Assembly: GCA_965644315.1 (NCBI GenBank)
Contig: CBFFRQ010000043.1
Span: forward strand, 620,001-684,000
DNA: 64,000 nt
DNA from: Caecitellus pseudoparvulus
Lineage: Eukaryota; Protista; Bigyra: Bicosoecida
Direction of reading: 5' to 3'
A program made the position numbers and the translations under genes. The notes under the pieces are model-generated. The model saw only the letters and a list, made by a program, of their open reading frames with translations, ran no database searches and was not told the DNA's origin. The first letter of the stretch is position 1; every line of letters begins with the position of its first letter. Positions 23,646 to 36,100 of this stretch are shown one piece after another.

Positions 23646-25223
23646 ATGGCTGTGCCTGCCGTCGAGGCAGCCGATGTGCCGGCCATTCTCGTTCAGCGAT
23701 CGCTGGCCATTCGCAAGAGGGGGGACGCTGCAGTGTGGCAGCACCCCTCACTTCGGCACCTGCGCCTGCTGCAGTGGAAGGGCCGTGTGGATGTGGATTG
23801 GACTGCTTGGGTGCAGGAGCCAATTTCCGCAGACCAGGACCTGCGCAAGATGCACGAAGCAGTCCCGCCACACGTGCTGCACGATGCCAGCGCGCATCTT
23901 GTATTCTGTGCTGTGCCTAATGCGCTCGTTCCTGGAGCTCGTGCCTCGCTGGAGGCTTGTGGACGGGACGCCAGCTTCTCCGAGCCCTGCACGTGGTACG
24001 TGGCGCCGGCGGAGAGCGCCGACCTCACTGCCAGTCAGCCCGGCCCGTGTGTGGGGGACAGGTGGACGGTGCAGGGCTGTGAGTACGAGCTGTGCCGGGG
24101 TACCGTGGCCGACGTGCCCGTCCTCATGGCCAAGTGGAAGTACGCGAGCCCCCACAACGCCGCCCTCGTGCGGGAACAGGTGGCAACCCTGCCCTCTGCG
24201 CTCATCCGCGCCACGGCCTCCCAGGAGCCTGTGGCGTGGTGCATCAGTCAGTACGATGGGTCCATTGGCATGTTGCACGTGGTGGAGCCGCACCGTCGGC
24301 GGGGCCTGGCGCGGGCCGTCGTTTCAGGCCTGCTTCGCATGCGAGCCGAGTGCGGCATGTGTGGGCCAGACAGCTGCCCCACCCTGGCCTTCATCGCTGA
24401 CTACAACACGGCCTCTCAGCGCCTCTTTGCGTCCTTGGGGTGGCAGCGTGGCGGAGCCGTCACGTGGCTCGTCGCAGGCCGCTGCAAGCTGCCGAGCTGT
24501 TCGCCACAGCCGTTGGTGTTGGGCGCCGCATCGGAGGGGACACAGCACAGCACCCTGGCCGTGTGGGAGCAGCTCATGGCCCTCATCAACTGCACATACC
24601 GCCAAGATGACGCCTTCTTCGTGGACCAAGTGCGGGTGCAGTGGGAGGAGGTCCTTGCCGTCGCCCGTGCTGTGTCAAGACCAGTGCAAGGCCAGCCTGC
24701 CGCGATGCTGCTGGGGACAGTGTCGGAGCCGGGAGCCCCCGAAGCTGTGCCTCAATCCATGGCAGGCTGGTGGCAAAGCAACAAGTGCGATGCATTCGCG
24801 CCCACTGCACCACCTGCCTCGCTGGTGTGTGCTGCACACGTGCAGGGCAGTGTGCTGGACAGCTCCAGCAGCGCTGCTGCACCGACAGAAACACGGCTGA
24901 TGCGGGGCGTGCAGCGAGGCGCCCCCTTCCTTGCCGTGCACTTGGGGTGGCTTGCTGTGAGCCCGCTGTACAAGGGCCGAGGGGGGGGCGCCTGCATCAT
25001 GGCGGCAGTGGAGCGTTGGTGCCGCGCAGCCGCGGCAGACGCCGGCGTGCGTGCCGTACTGCTGCTGTGCGACATCGTGTCTGTGAAGCCGTGGCTGCTG
25101 AAGTGGTACACGCAGCAGCAAGGATTCAAGGTGCATGGGACGCGAGCGTGGCCCACCCACCTCGTGGGCAGGTTGAAGCGGGACGTGTTTTTCTACACCG
25201 CGCACAAGGTGCTGCGGGCGTGA
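23646..25223 (+). CDS. Tandem GNAT acetyltransferase (GLYAT/FR47-like plus a second GNAT)
   Basis: Two acetyl-CoA motif A regions, IGMLHVVEPHRRRGLA (followed by NTASQRLFASLGW) and LGWLAVSPLYKGRGGG (followed by WYTQQQGF). Confidence 0.82.
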   Translation: MAVPAVEAADVPAILVQRSLAIRKRGDAAVWQHPSLRHLRLLQWKGRVDVDWTAWVQEPISADQDLRKMHEAVPPHVLHDASAHLVFCAVPNALVPGARASLEACGRDASFSEPCTWYVAPAESADLTASQPGPCVGDRWTVQGCEYELCRGTVADVPVLMAKWKYASPHNAALVREQVATLPSALIRATASQEPVAWCISQYDGSIGMLHVVEPHRRRGLARAVVSGLLRMRAECGMCGPDSCPTLAFIADYNTASQRLFASLGWQRGGAVTWLVAGRCKLPSCSPQPLVLGAASEGTQHSTLAVWEQLMALINCTYRQDDAFFVDQVRVQWEEVLAVARAVSRPVQGQPAAMLLGTVSEPGAPEAVPQSMAGWWQSNKCDAFAPTAPPASLVCAAHVQGSVLDSSSSAAAPTETRLMRGVQRGAPFLAVHLGWLAVSPLYKGRGGGACIMAAVERWCRAAAADAGVRAVLLLCDIVSVKPWLLKWYTQQQGFKVHGTRAWPTHLVGRLKRDVFFYTAHKVLRA

Positions 25224-25314
25224 AGAACGCCCAGCTGACGGAGTGCTGGCCAGGAAGGGGGCACACACACTCCAGCACCCTGCCAGCCTGCGAGCTGTCA
25301 GTGTCCGCGCCGCA

Positions 25315-28300
25315 TCACTGGTGCACGCCGGTGTGCCGGACAGTGGGCGGCTGCAGCGGCATTTCCAGGGCCAGGGCGGTGAGGTCAGGCACCGTGAGGC
25401 GGGGTGAGAAGGCGGGCACCTCGTCAAAGGCGGGGCAGTAGTCCAGCGGCAAGTCCTGCAAGTGCCCCGTGCCGGAGGGCTGGGCTGAGTAGTGCAGTGT
25501 GTTCACGAGGCGGGCCGGCACGACGCCTGCCTCGGTTGCGGAGCTTTGGATGCGGGCGGCCGTGGCGGCTTGTTTGGCGGCGAAATCAATGCAGGCAGTG
25601 GACGCCACGACACGCAGCAGACGTGTGCGGGGCGACGGCCCCTCGCGCCCCGTTGTCAGTCGCACGCGGCGCTCGTGCACGCGACCCCGCAGTCGGCGCT
25701 GTGTCGCGTGCAGGTGAGACGCCTCCTCCTTGTCCCCCAGCCGAGCACAGAGACTGGCCAGCTGGGCTGTCACCTCCACCTCCGCCTCGATGAGCCCTGT
25801 TGCCTGCAGGATGCTGAGGGCGGAGTTCAGGCAGCGGCGGGCGCCGTGCAGGTTCTGCACCTTGGCGTGCACTTCTGCCAGCGCAGCCCACGCAAGCGCC
25901 TCGCCATGCCGCGACCCGGCGCCCCGGAACAGCGAACGGGCAGCGGCAAGGTGCATCTTCGCAGAGCTCAGCCGCCCCTTTGCCGCGCTGCCTGTGCCGT
26001 TGCCGGCGAAGGACAGGGCGATGCCCAGCGCCTTGTGGCAGCAGGCGGCGCCGAAGCGGAAACGAATGCCGTAGGCGGGCGGGCCGGCAGGCGCAGGCGG
26101 CGGGGAGGCATCTGTCGCGCTGGCAGCGCCCTTGAACTTCTCAGTGGGGCTCGTGCACAGGGACAGGCCCAAGTTCGCCGCCTGCAGCGCCGCTTCGTGC
26201 CGCCCGTGCAGCAGCAACGCACCTGCCATGCTCGCGGCCATCATCACGCACTGCTTCAACGCATGCTTGCACGCCAGCACAAAGGCAGAGGGCAGGAAGT
26301 GCGCCCTGCCGACAGCAGGCATGGCTGGGCTGGCATGGCCATCGTCCCCCTCGCTGTCCGAGTCGCCTTCGTCAGCTGTGCTGCAAGTGGTGTCCAGGAG
26401 CGGCGTCAGCGCCGGCGTGCCTGCAGCTGAAGCGTCCACGCCCTCTGGAGTCACCAGCGCCAGCCCGCCGCCCTCCCGGAACTGCAAACTGCCGCCGTTT
26501 CGAGACGCTTCGTCCAAGGCACACACTGCCAGCAGTTCCCGCCGTGCGTGCAGCAGGTGGCTGTGCATGCTGGGCCAGTAGGTGTCGGTGACGAGAAACG
26601 CCGCTGCCGACGCCGCACTGCCAGCTGCACTGTCAATGAAGGCGAAGCAGAACTGGGACACTGCTCGCCAGTGCAGGGTTGCTCGCAGGAGCAGGGCAGC
26701 CCGCAGGCACTGTGGGCGGGACAGCGCTGACGGCACGCCAGCGGGTGTGATGGTGGTGCGCTGCCGGGCTTTGGCCAGGGTCGTGAACGCCGCATACACC
26801 GACGGCGGCGGACGGGGGTCCAGTGCTGCCGGCTTGCTCGCTGGTGGGGGGCGCTCTGGGGCCTCTGCCGTGCCTGGGCTGACGGGCGGCGCAGCAGGTG
26901 GGCGCGCAGACCCGCTGCCACCCCCCGTGCGGGAGCGGGTGGAGGCGGTGCTGCTCGGCGCAAGGCTGGGACGGGCGGTGGGCCCACTGCCACTGCTGTC
27001 CCGCCGTGCCGCCGCACGTTGGGCAGAGTGCCGACCAGGGGAGGGCGGGTGCCTGGGCCCACTGCCGGCACCCCCCCCTCCCGTGCCAGCAGAGGGGGGG
27101 GTGGAGCTCGCGATGGGGCGGCGTCCAGGCGTGCCTGGGGCTGAGCGCCCCCCCGCCCCTGGCCGCCGATGGGGGCCCAGCGCCCCCCCCTTGCCCACTC
27201 CTCGCAGGGCGCCCCCCACCACGGACATGCGGGGCCGCGGGATGCGGCTGACGAAGCTGGTGGGCCCACCCTCCGCATCCTCCGCACCCCGCTTGCCCTT
27301 GCCCATGCCCCCCCACCGTGCCCCGCCACTGGACTCCCGGCTCAGCAGGGGAGGGGCCGCCGCCCCACGTGGGGGCAGGGACTCCACACTGGGCGAGCTG
27401 AAGGCACTGGTGGGACGGGTGGAGGGTGGGGGCGTGACAGGGGCGCCTGCGGGGGGGGACCCCGCCCCCCCCTCCACCCTGGATGTGGCCACGCTGGCGG
27501 TGTCCGCAGTGAGGGTGAGGGGGGGGGGTGGCGGCGAGGACCCCTCCCTCCCCCCTGCCGTGCTGGGCACACGCAGCATGCGGGTGGTGGGGGGCACCAG
27601 GGAGCTCAGCGGGAGGGGCGTGTCCACCGCCACCCCCCCCAGCAGGGACGTGAGGGGGGGTGCCAGGCTCCCCCGTGCATACTCCACCACGTACGGGAAG
27701 GTGCTGTACCAGCGCAGAGACACCTTGCTGGCGGCCCGCAGGTTGGTGGCCACTGCTTGCAGGTGGGCGGGGGCGGTGCCCACCGCCACAGAGTGAGGGG
27801 ACGCCGCCCACGCCAAGATGCCCGCAGCATCCAGGGGCTCCCCTGCCCCCCCTGGGGAGGACGCGGGGGGGGGTCCCGGCAGCCGCAGCTCCCCCCCCCC
27901 GCCACCCCCCTGTGTGGAGAATGTGAAGAGGCTGCTGCCACCCCCCCAGGACAGGAAGGAGAGGGCCGAGTGGCGGCTGGAGGCAACAGAGGGCGCCGCG
28001 CCCCCCCGTCCACCCTCCTCCTCCCCCACCACGGCCGAGAACAAGCCCTCGTTGCCCTCTGCAGGGGGGCTGCTCCCGGACATGGGGGGGGGTGCCGAGG
28101 CCGGTCCGCCCAGGTGGGCCAGCGTCAGCCAGGCGTGCAGAATGGCCATGGCGAGGGGGGCGTCATCCGCCGCACTGCCAGCGGGGGTGGTCGCCGCCGC
28201 TGCGGGGTGTGACGCCACGCCCCTGCGTTCCAGAACACTCCACTGCACCAGCACATCCGCCATGCCCCGCCAGTCCACCCCGGGGGGGGACGGCAGGGGG

Positions 28301-31300
28301 GGTGGCATGGCCTGCAGGCCCCCCCCCGACTCAGCCCGGTGCATGTCAGGGGGGGACAGGGAGGCGAGCCGGTTCACACCGGATCCGACCCCCCCTCGGG
28401 CGGGGGCGGTGTCCCCCCCTCCTTCCAGCGCTGCCGCCCCTGCTGGGCCGCCCTCCAGCAGCGACTCTGTCACCGCTGACAGCACGTGCACAGAGGCACG
28501 GGGGCGCACGCCCCCCCCCTCCCCTCCTGCTCCCAGCTGACGCATGCCCACCCACCCACGACCTCCCCCCACCCCAGGCCCTGCCCGTCCAGCCGCCCGA
28601 GACACGGCCTTCACCCGCCGCCGCTTGACTCGGTGGTGCCGGGAGGTGCTGCCCCAGGGGTTGACGTTGTCCTGGGCCCACCACGGCATGCCCGCCCCAG
28701 GCGCAGACCCCGCCGCCAGGGCACGTGGTCGCACGACGGCGGACATGGAGCCCCCCCCATGTAGCATGAGGCCACCTCGACTGCCCCGCAGGGGGGTGGG
28801 CTTGCCGCCTGGAGGGGGGGTGGTGGAGGTGGGCCCACCCCCCCCCATGATGCCCCCTGGAGGGGGGGTGGCGGACGAGAATATGGACAGGGAGGTGAGA
28901 GCGGACCCGGTGCTGCCGACGGACGTCGCATGCGACAGGCCCGTGCGATCACTCGCCATAGACGAGCCAGACGCCACTGACACGGCGTCCGTCACATCTG
29001 GCGCGCGAGTCGGGAGGTGTGCCCCCCCCGCACCGCCACTCGCAGCAGCGGACCCGGCGGCCGCGGTGTCCGGCCGCGGCGCCAGCTCCCCCAGCGCGCC
29101 TGCGAAGGGCAGGGCCTCGACGATCCACAGGAAGTCGCCGTCGTGCAGGCCGCGGGGGTACAGTCCCATGAGCAGCAGCAGCACGAGAGCCTGGGGGTGC
29201 TGCCGTGCCAGGGCCGTGACGCTGGCCCGCAGGGAGCCTGCCAGGGACAGGTGGGGACTGGCCTCCGCCCCGGGCGGCTGGGGCAGGGGGGTGCCGTCCC
29301 CGGACAGCCCCCCCAGCATGTGGGGCATGCTGTGCGGCGTGAGGGCCATGGCCCCCCGTGTGTGCAGGAAGTGGGCCACGTCGGACAGGGAGCGGTCCAG
29401 GAGCAGGGCGGCAGCCAGGGAGATGGCGTGGGGGTGGCCATTCAAGTACTTGAGCACGGGGTGGCGGCCGAGGGCCGAGAGGGCGCGCTGCTTGCGGGAG
29501 GAGCGGGGGTCCCCCACGGGGGGGGTGGCGGGGGGGGTGGCTTCGCCCCCCTCGCCCCCCCCCTCACCCCCCCAGATCTCCCCTGCCGTCAGACTGCGGG
29601 GGGAGCGGCGGGCCAACAGCTCCGCCGCCTCTGTCGCGTGCAGGGCCTTGAGGGACACCACTGACTCCCGGGCGTGGGAGGGGTTGCCCCACAGGGTGCT
29701 GAGGAGGCCGTCCCCGACCACGGCGCGACGTGAGGTCGTGAGCAGGCACACTCCCGGACACGCCCCCAGCAGGCTGCCCAGCACCAGCCGCGTCGCACCT
29801 GCGTCCTCGTTCAAGGCGTCCTCCAAGTTGTCCAGCACAAGGCAGACGCGAGGGGGGGTGCAGCCCCCCCCCTCTCCCCCCAACAGACCCAGCACTGTCC
29901 CCCACGCCGGCAGGTGAAAGGCGGCAGGGGCATCTTCCGGCACGGCGGTGGAGCGGGAGGGGGAGGTGGTGGTGGAGGTGGGTGGGCCCTCCTCCTCCGC
30001 CCCCGTGGGCCCACCCTCCGCCTGCCCCGCCCCATGGCGCCGCGCATACCGCTGGCCCTGCGTCAAGGCACGCCCCAGGCGCTGCACCAGCCCCACGGCG
30101 GAATCCACGCCCCGCAGTGCCACCACCACCACGCCATCCGCCACCGCCTCCATGATGTGGCTGCGCTGCAGCAGGAAGTGCGCCACTGACACCACCGCCG
30201 TCGTCTTGCCGATGCCGGGAAACCCCCGAACCGTCACGAGGCGGCAGGCGCCTTGCGTCAGCAGGCGCACAATGTGGTAGATTTCCCGCCGTCGCCCCAC
30301 CAGGATGTCAGGCGGTGCTGGCAACCACATAAAGGACGGCGCGTGCCCGGAGCAGTCAGCCAGACTGCCTGCTGGCGTGGTGGCGGGCGGAAACGGCGGC
30401 AACGCCTCCGGCCGCGGTCGCGCGCCGAGAATGCTGCTTTCTTGGGCCAGCAGCACAAACTTCTCCGCCTCCCCACGGCCCTTCTCCACGTCCACGCGGG
30501 AGGTGGCGATCTGGAACGCCGTCGGGACGCTGTGCCCCGTGAACAGCGCGTGGTAAAACCCACGCGCGAACAGCAACGACGACGCGTCGAGGACCTTGCT
30601 GCCCCGCCCCACGGCGATGACATACTGCGCGCCACAGGACAGAAAGGCCTGTCCCACCACCACGGACTGGCAGGCAGACACGAACACCACCTGCACGGCC
30701 GAACCAGGCCGGCAACGCAGGATGCTGTGCAGCTGTGGCAGAGTCAACATCTGCGCCGACCCGTCGGCGCCCTCCAGCACGATGTACTGCACACCCTGTG
30801 CATCACGGCCGCCGTGTCCTGAGAAGTGCAGCACGCGGGTGCCTTGCTGCGAAAGGGAGGGGGGGGCGTGACGCGCGTGAAGCACGCGTTGTGGTTCCTG
30901 CGCAGCGCACACGCACCACCCAAGTGTGCTGCAGGGTGTCCGCCGTCGCGGGCAAAACGGCCACGCGAAGCGCCCGTGTGGAATCCCGAATGCTCTTCAG
31001 AATCAGCCGTCGCTCCGTCGCCAGCTCCAGGGGGGCCACAGGCACAGCCTGCAGAGGGGGTGCTGCGGAATTTGCAGCCTGGCCAGACCCGGCGCTTCCC
31101 CCCCTCAACATGACCAGAGGAGACGCCTGCAGCACCGCTACGTCGATGCTGCCTTGCTGGTCACCGTTTCCTTGCTTGGGGCTTGGAACTGGCGCGCTGC
31201 CATCACTTCCCGCCTCTGCAGGCGCCGCAACGGCAGCTTCCTCTGCTTTCCGCACGTCGCTTTCTGTGCCCTTACTCGCAGCCAACAAGCCCCGCGCCTG

Positions 31301-31396
31301 AGCTTGCAGCTTCGCCAGCGTCGCCTCGGCACTCTCCCCCTCCGACCCTGCGCTGGCCAACGCTTGCAGGAGCGCCGACAGCTCGCCAGCCGCCAT
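25315..31396 (-). CDS. CHAT (caspase-like) protease - NB-ARC-type STAND ATPase - TPR protein, about 2003 aa
   Basis: Exons 31396-30917 and 30846-25315. CHAT His motif VLHFSGHG and Cys motif VFVSACQS; Walker A GFPGIGKT, Walker B LVLDNLE, TTSRR, GHPHAISLAA; C-terminal TPR-like helices (AARSLFRGAGSRHGEALAWAALAEV). Confidence 0.85.
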
Positions 31397-31604
31397 TCCA
31401 ACTTTGCAGAGCGCTCAGACTCTGCACCACGCCAGCATGACGCTGGCCGCACTGCGAGCTGCACAGCACGCACTGGGGCAAAACACAGAAAACAAAGATT
31501 CGTGGGGCAAGTCCTATATTTCTGTGTCCGGCTTTTGCCGTGTGAGCTGCTCTGTGTGAAGCCCGGGCCGCCCCCGGCTGCACAAACTCAGCACACAGTC
31601 CACC

Positions 31605-32495
31605 ATGCGGAAGTGGGCGCTGGTGCTGCTGCTGGCCTGCGCGTCGTTGTGGACACATGCCTCAGCCAGCGGCCCCTTGCCGGACAACATCGCCATGCTC
31701 ATGAAGTGCACCGCCTGTGAGCGCGTCGTGGAGTACCTGAATCAGCACTTTATCTCCGGCGTGCGTCGCTGGCGACCACAGTCCGTCACGCACCTGCCCC
31801 CCACGCCGCCCCCCCGCACCCACACTGCACTTCAGTGGATCCAAAAGGACGTCAAGTGGAGCAAGAAGATGAAGGGCACTTTCAAACGCGTCGTGGCTGA
31901 GAACTCCTGTGCCAACCCAGTGCGTGGGCAGGTCCTGCAGCGCTGGCCAGCCACGTGGACTGCCTCACACCGTCAACCCTATCTTCCTGCACCCGCAGGA
32001 GGTGTTCCCCGGGAACAATGACATGTACCGCTCGGGGTGTGTGGATTTCATCAAGAACCATCGCAAGGAGGTGCGCCCCTCCCCCCGCGCCGCACCGCAC
32101 CCAACCGCCTCATCACACCCGAGAACTCCCCCACCCGCCCAGCTGGAACGAGGCGTGGCGCGCCGCCTGTCGCCCAAGTCGGAGTACTACCAGGTCAGGC
32201 CACGCCGCCACGCAGTGTCGGTGCGTCGCGGGCCAGACACGCCCCATCCCCGCCTCACCCACAGGAGGACCTGACCCCCAAGGAGTTCTGCCAAGAGATC
32301 CACGCCTGCCCCCATGAGATGCGGGGGCTAGAGCACCAGATGCAGGACGTGCAGCGCAAGCACGCGTGGGAGTCAGCTGAGGAACGAGAGGCAGCTGTGC
32401 CAGCCAGCCGTGCAGACCCCACCCGTGTCATTGGAGGCAAGGACGCCGCAGACAGCGCCGTTGTGGAGGACGACGACGAGGCGCTGGAGCTGTAG
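31605..32495 (+). CDS. Secretory saposin-B-like (canopy-like) protein
   Basis: Exons 31605-31760, 31836-31919, 31999-32070, 32143-32193, 32265-32495. Signal peptide, six Cys in a saposin pattern (CTAC..C..C..FCQEIHAC) and C-terminal ALEL. Confidence 0.72.
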
Positions 32496-32507
32496 GCAAT
32501 GCAGGCG

Positions 32508-33005
32508 TCAGCGGAGGTCCTCCTCCCGCAGAGGCACGTCCCGCTCTGACAGAAACTGAAGCGAATCCAGCCTGTCCAGCTCTTTGCGCAGTGCAGCCTT
32601 CTTCAACTGCGACAAGCGCGGCGGCGTGCTGGTGGGAGGCAACCGATTTCCGCACACATACATCGCACACGCACCTCCAAGTCATACAGCAGGCCCTCGT
32701 CGCCTGGGTTCTCCCTCAGCCGAATCTCCTCCATCTGTGCCGAGCAAGCTGTCAGCGTGCGGTCGAGCCTTGCAGCGAGCGACCATCCGCGTGGCGAGCC
32801 GAACCTTGATCTCGTCCGTGAGATACTCCCGCAAGCTCTGGAATCGCATGACGCCATGCTCGTCACGAGCCACCTTCACGGGGTTCCCATGCCGCTGCTG
32901 GTACATGATGCTGCCCACGACGACAGCCTGCCCCGCGAACAGCACGTACATCAGCCGCCGGCTCGTGGCGCTGTCCAAGCTGGCCCGGAAGCTGTGAAAA
33001 CTCAT
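32508..33005 (-). CDS. Small single-TM hypothetical protein (about 119 aa, 3 exons)
   Basis: MSFHSFRASL..LMYVLFAGQAVVVGSIMY..TDEIK|MEEIRL..YDLE|LKKAALRKEL..DLR*; two phase-0 GT-AG introns join it in frame. Confidence 0.65.
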
Positions 33006-33183
33006 GCTGCGTTGGCCTGCCTCCCTGCGACTACACAAAGGCCGCAGCAAGTAGCGGGCAAAGTGGCAGTCAAGTCCAGGTTGAGGACTTCGCTGGCGCT
33101 TGTGGCTTTGGCTAGTAACGGGCATTGCTTGTGCGTTGTGGGGAAGCCCGTGGAGCCCGAGACGTGAATTGCGGTGGGGGTGA

Positions 33184-36100
33184 TCACATGGACAGGGACT
33201 GAGCCTGTCTCGCAGCGACGAGTGGGTTGTTGCGCATGAAGTCACCCCCTGTGGATGATCCAGGCGCAGTGGGGGCATAGGCGACCGTGTGGTGTTGCTG
33301 CGCACTTTGCGGGTATGGGGGGGGAGGAGCGCCTGCGACACCCGCAACTCCGCCCGGCATGTAGCCCTGCTGGGGCTGCACAGGTTGAGGAAGAGCGGGC
33401 GCCATGGCCTGAGGTGCTGGGGCATGCTCGGGCTGTGCAGCTGCGGCGTCTGACGAGTCACCACTTGGCTTGGCCTTGATGGAGGGCGGAGTGTTCTTCC
33501 CGCGGAACTTGAACCACCACACTGCAGCCAGGGCAGCAGCAATCGCGACAACGGCAGCAACAGTGCTGCCAGCAATAGCACCTGTGCTCCCGTCTTCTTG
33601 CCCCTGGTTCTGGTCGGAGTTTGCTGCCGATGAGCCGCCGCCGCCAGCCGTCGATGCATCGCTGCCAGCCGAGCCACCGCCGCCTGCAGCACCGTCCCCG
33701 CCCCCCTGGCCTTGATCTCCCCGTGAGCTTGCACCGCCCACAGCCAGTCGAGGGGAAGTAGTAGGCTGTGGGGTGCGGGCGCTTGTTGAACTGGGACTGG
33801 GTGGTGGAGCACCAAACGTCGGGCTGAGGGTGCCTGAGGGGATTGGCGACGGGTACGGACTGGGGGGCGTCGTCCCAGCCCACGGGCCCAGGCTGTCTGC
33901 GCTCAAAGGCAAGCAAGTGAAGTACGCCTCAACGCAGAAAAACTTGCATATGCCTTCGCTGCGGGTGAAATAAACAGGTCCACTAGTGCAGCCAAAATCA
34001 GAGATAGCCCACCCACTGCATGCGATCCCCCCTTCATCCACCACGCTCACCCAGTCTTCATTGTGTCCAGGGGCGTATGCGTTTGATGGGCAAAGGGTTG
34101 AAGAGGTTGTCGCCGCTGAAGATGCCGGGGCCGGGGATCGCGACAAAGCTGCGCTTGGAGAAGGTTCACGAGATGGGTACGGACTTGGGGCTGGCAAAGC
34201 AGCCCATGGACCAAGGCTGTCAGCGCTCACGGGCCCGCAAGTGAAATACGCGTCAACACAGTAAAACTTGCACATGCCGTCACTGCGGGTCAATTCAACT
34301 GGGCCACGGGTGCAGCCAAAATCAGCACTTGCCCACCCATTGCATGCTTCATACGAAGGGTCTACCACCTCCACCCTGTCTATGCTGTAAACACGTTTGA
34401 GTGCCGAGTCTGAACATGGAGCAGCTGCAGGGGATGGTGTCGGGACTGGCGCGCACAGCTCCATGGAATACCGGGTTGAATGTGGGTTGGTCAACTGAAT
34501 ATTCAGCAGGGAGAAGGCACTCAGGATCGTGTACTCTCCAACGATGGGAAAGTCGATAGTCACATCATCAATGCCAATGTCTACACCGGACCTGCCGATC
34601 CGCAACCCCGCACTCCCAGTGCTGTAGCTGCTTGCACAGGATCCAGAGGCTTGCCGCTGCAAAGCTGTGCCCGGAGAATGCTCCAAGCCCTGAAGCTGGC
34701 GTCGAGCGGGGTCAAAGTCAAGCTCTGTCTCAAAGTACGGCGTGAGAGTTAGGGGGACCGTATCGAACAGCGTGAGGCGCATTTGAGCCCCAAGCTGGTA
34801 CTTTGCCACGCCGGATCGTACCGTTACACCATTTGAGGAAACTGAGGGCCCAATCTTTGTCAAGGAATGACTGAGAGATGCTATTGTGTCCCATCCAGAG
34901 TTCTGTGTGACGAAGCTGCCACAGTAGGCCCACTTGAATCCACTAGATTTGCCGCTCCCCAAAACGCTTGAAGTGCAGCCCTCGTTCATGTAGCACCAGA
35001 CAGATCCCCTTAGTGAGCCACACGCACTGACACAGTAGCAACTGCTGGACCCGCTTGGTTTCAGCTTATTCGAGTACTGCACGCCGAGGCTTGCATCGTG
35101 CAGAGTGTAAGTTGCACCTACTTCTGCACGAAGGTTGCTGAGGGTTGACTCCGGCTTGCGAGACACGAGGCCGACGTGCACAAGCACTCGCACAGGAAGT
35201 GAGCCGACGTACACAACAACATCTTGCACCTCCAATAAACTGGTCAGCGCGGACCACGTGGATGAAGTCCTCGTCGTTTCAGTCGCAACGACGAGGACCT
35301 TAGCAGAGCCTGTTAGAGTCACCTTTGCGACCAGATGGGGAACACCGATACCAGATGGTCCAGCATACGAAGAGAGCTCCAGGTGCACGGTCGCTCTGAA
35401 GCTGAAGTAGGTGTCCTCAAACCAAATGCTACTAATGCTGGAGAAGGGGCGCAGCTTGTTTTGGATCACATTTCCTGACCTGTCCACGTTCCAGCGCCAG
35501 GTGTACACTGTCGCCGAACAGTCAAACATGGCGTACACTGCAAGCGAAACAACTCCAAATATGCTGTTGTCGCAAGAAATGCTCGTGCGGCGCTTCGCGT
35601 CTGCTTCCGTCTCATCGGAGGCAGGACCAGACAGCAGGGCGGTGTCGTTCTGTGGCTTGCCTGGGGACACGTGCATCACCGTCTCCATCACGGCCGCACC
35701 AGCGAGAGGAGAGAGGACCTTCACGCGCATGGTGTACTGCAACAGGCCGGACTCCAGCAGCGTGTCAGCCACGTCCAGCACGCGCACCAGGAAGCTGTTG
35801 TCCTCGTGGGAGTCATCCACGTTGCAGCCCCACTGTGTGTCACCTTCCAGTGCTGTCACGTTGGCTTCGATGGGCAGTGGGTGTGCGGACGTGACGGTGA
35901 TCACTGGGGCTGCGGTGCAGTTTACCTCCAGCACCTCTGCCCGATCATCCAGGGACAGCACCTCGGGGCGCACCAGCACATCGTACCCGACGCTAATGTT
36001 CCCCATTGACTCACTTGAGGCGCTGGCCAGCATGCGGTGGCGGCGGGATCCGTCGGGGAGGGTGTACAGGGGCTTCGTTCGCAGCGTGATCAGGTGCAGG

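Noticed and set aside
26900-29900. Many G/C homopolymer runs (possible G-quadruplex array or frameshift sites)
   Set aside because: They are explained by Gly/Pro codons in low-complexity coding regions, and the reading frame stays open throughout.
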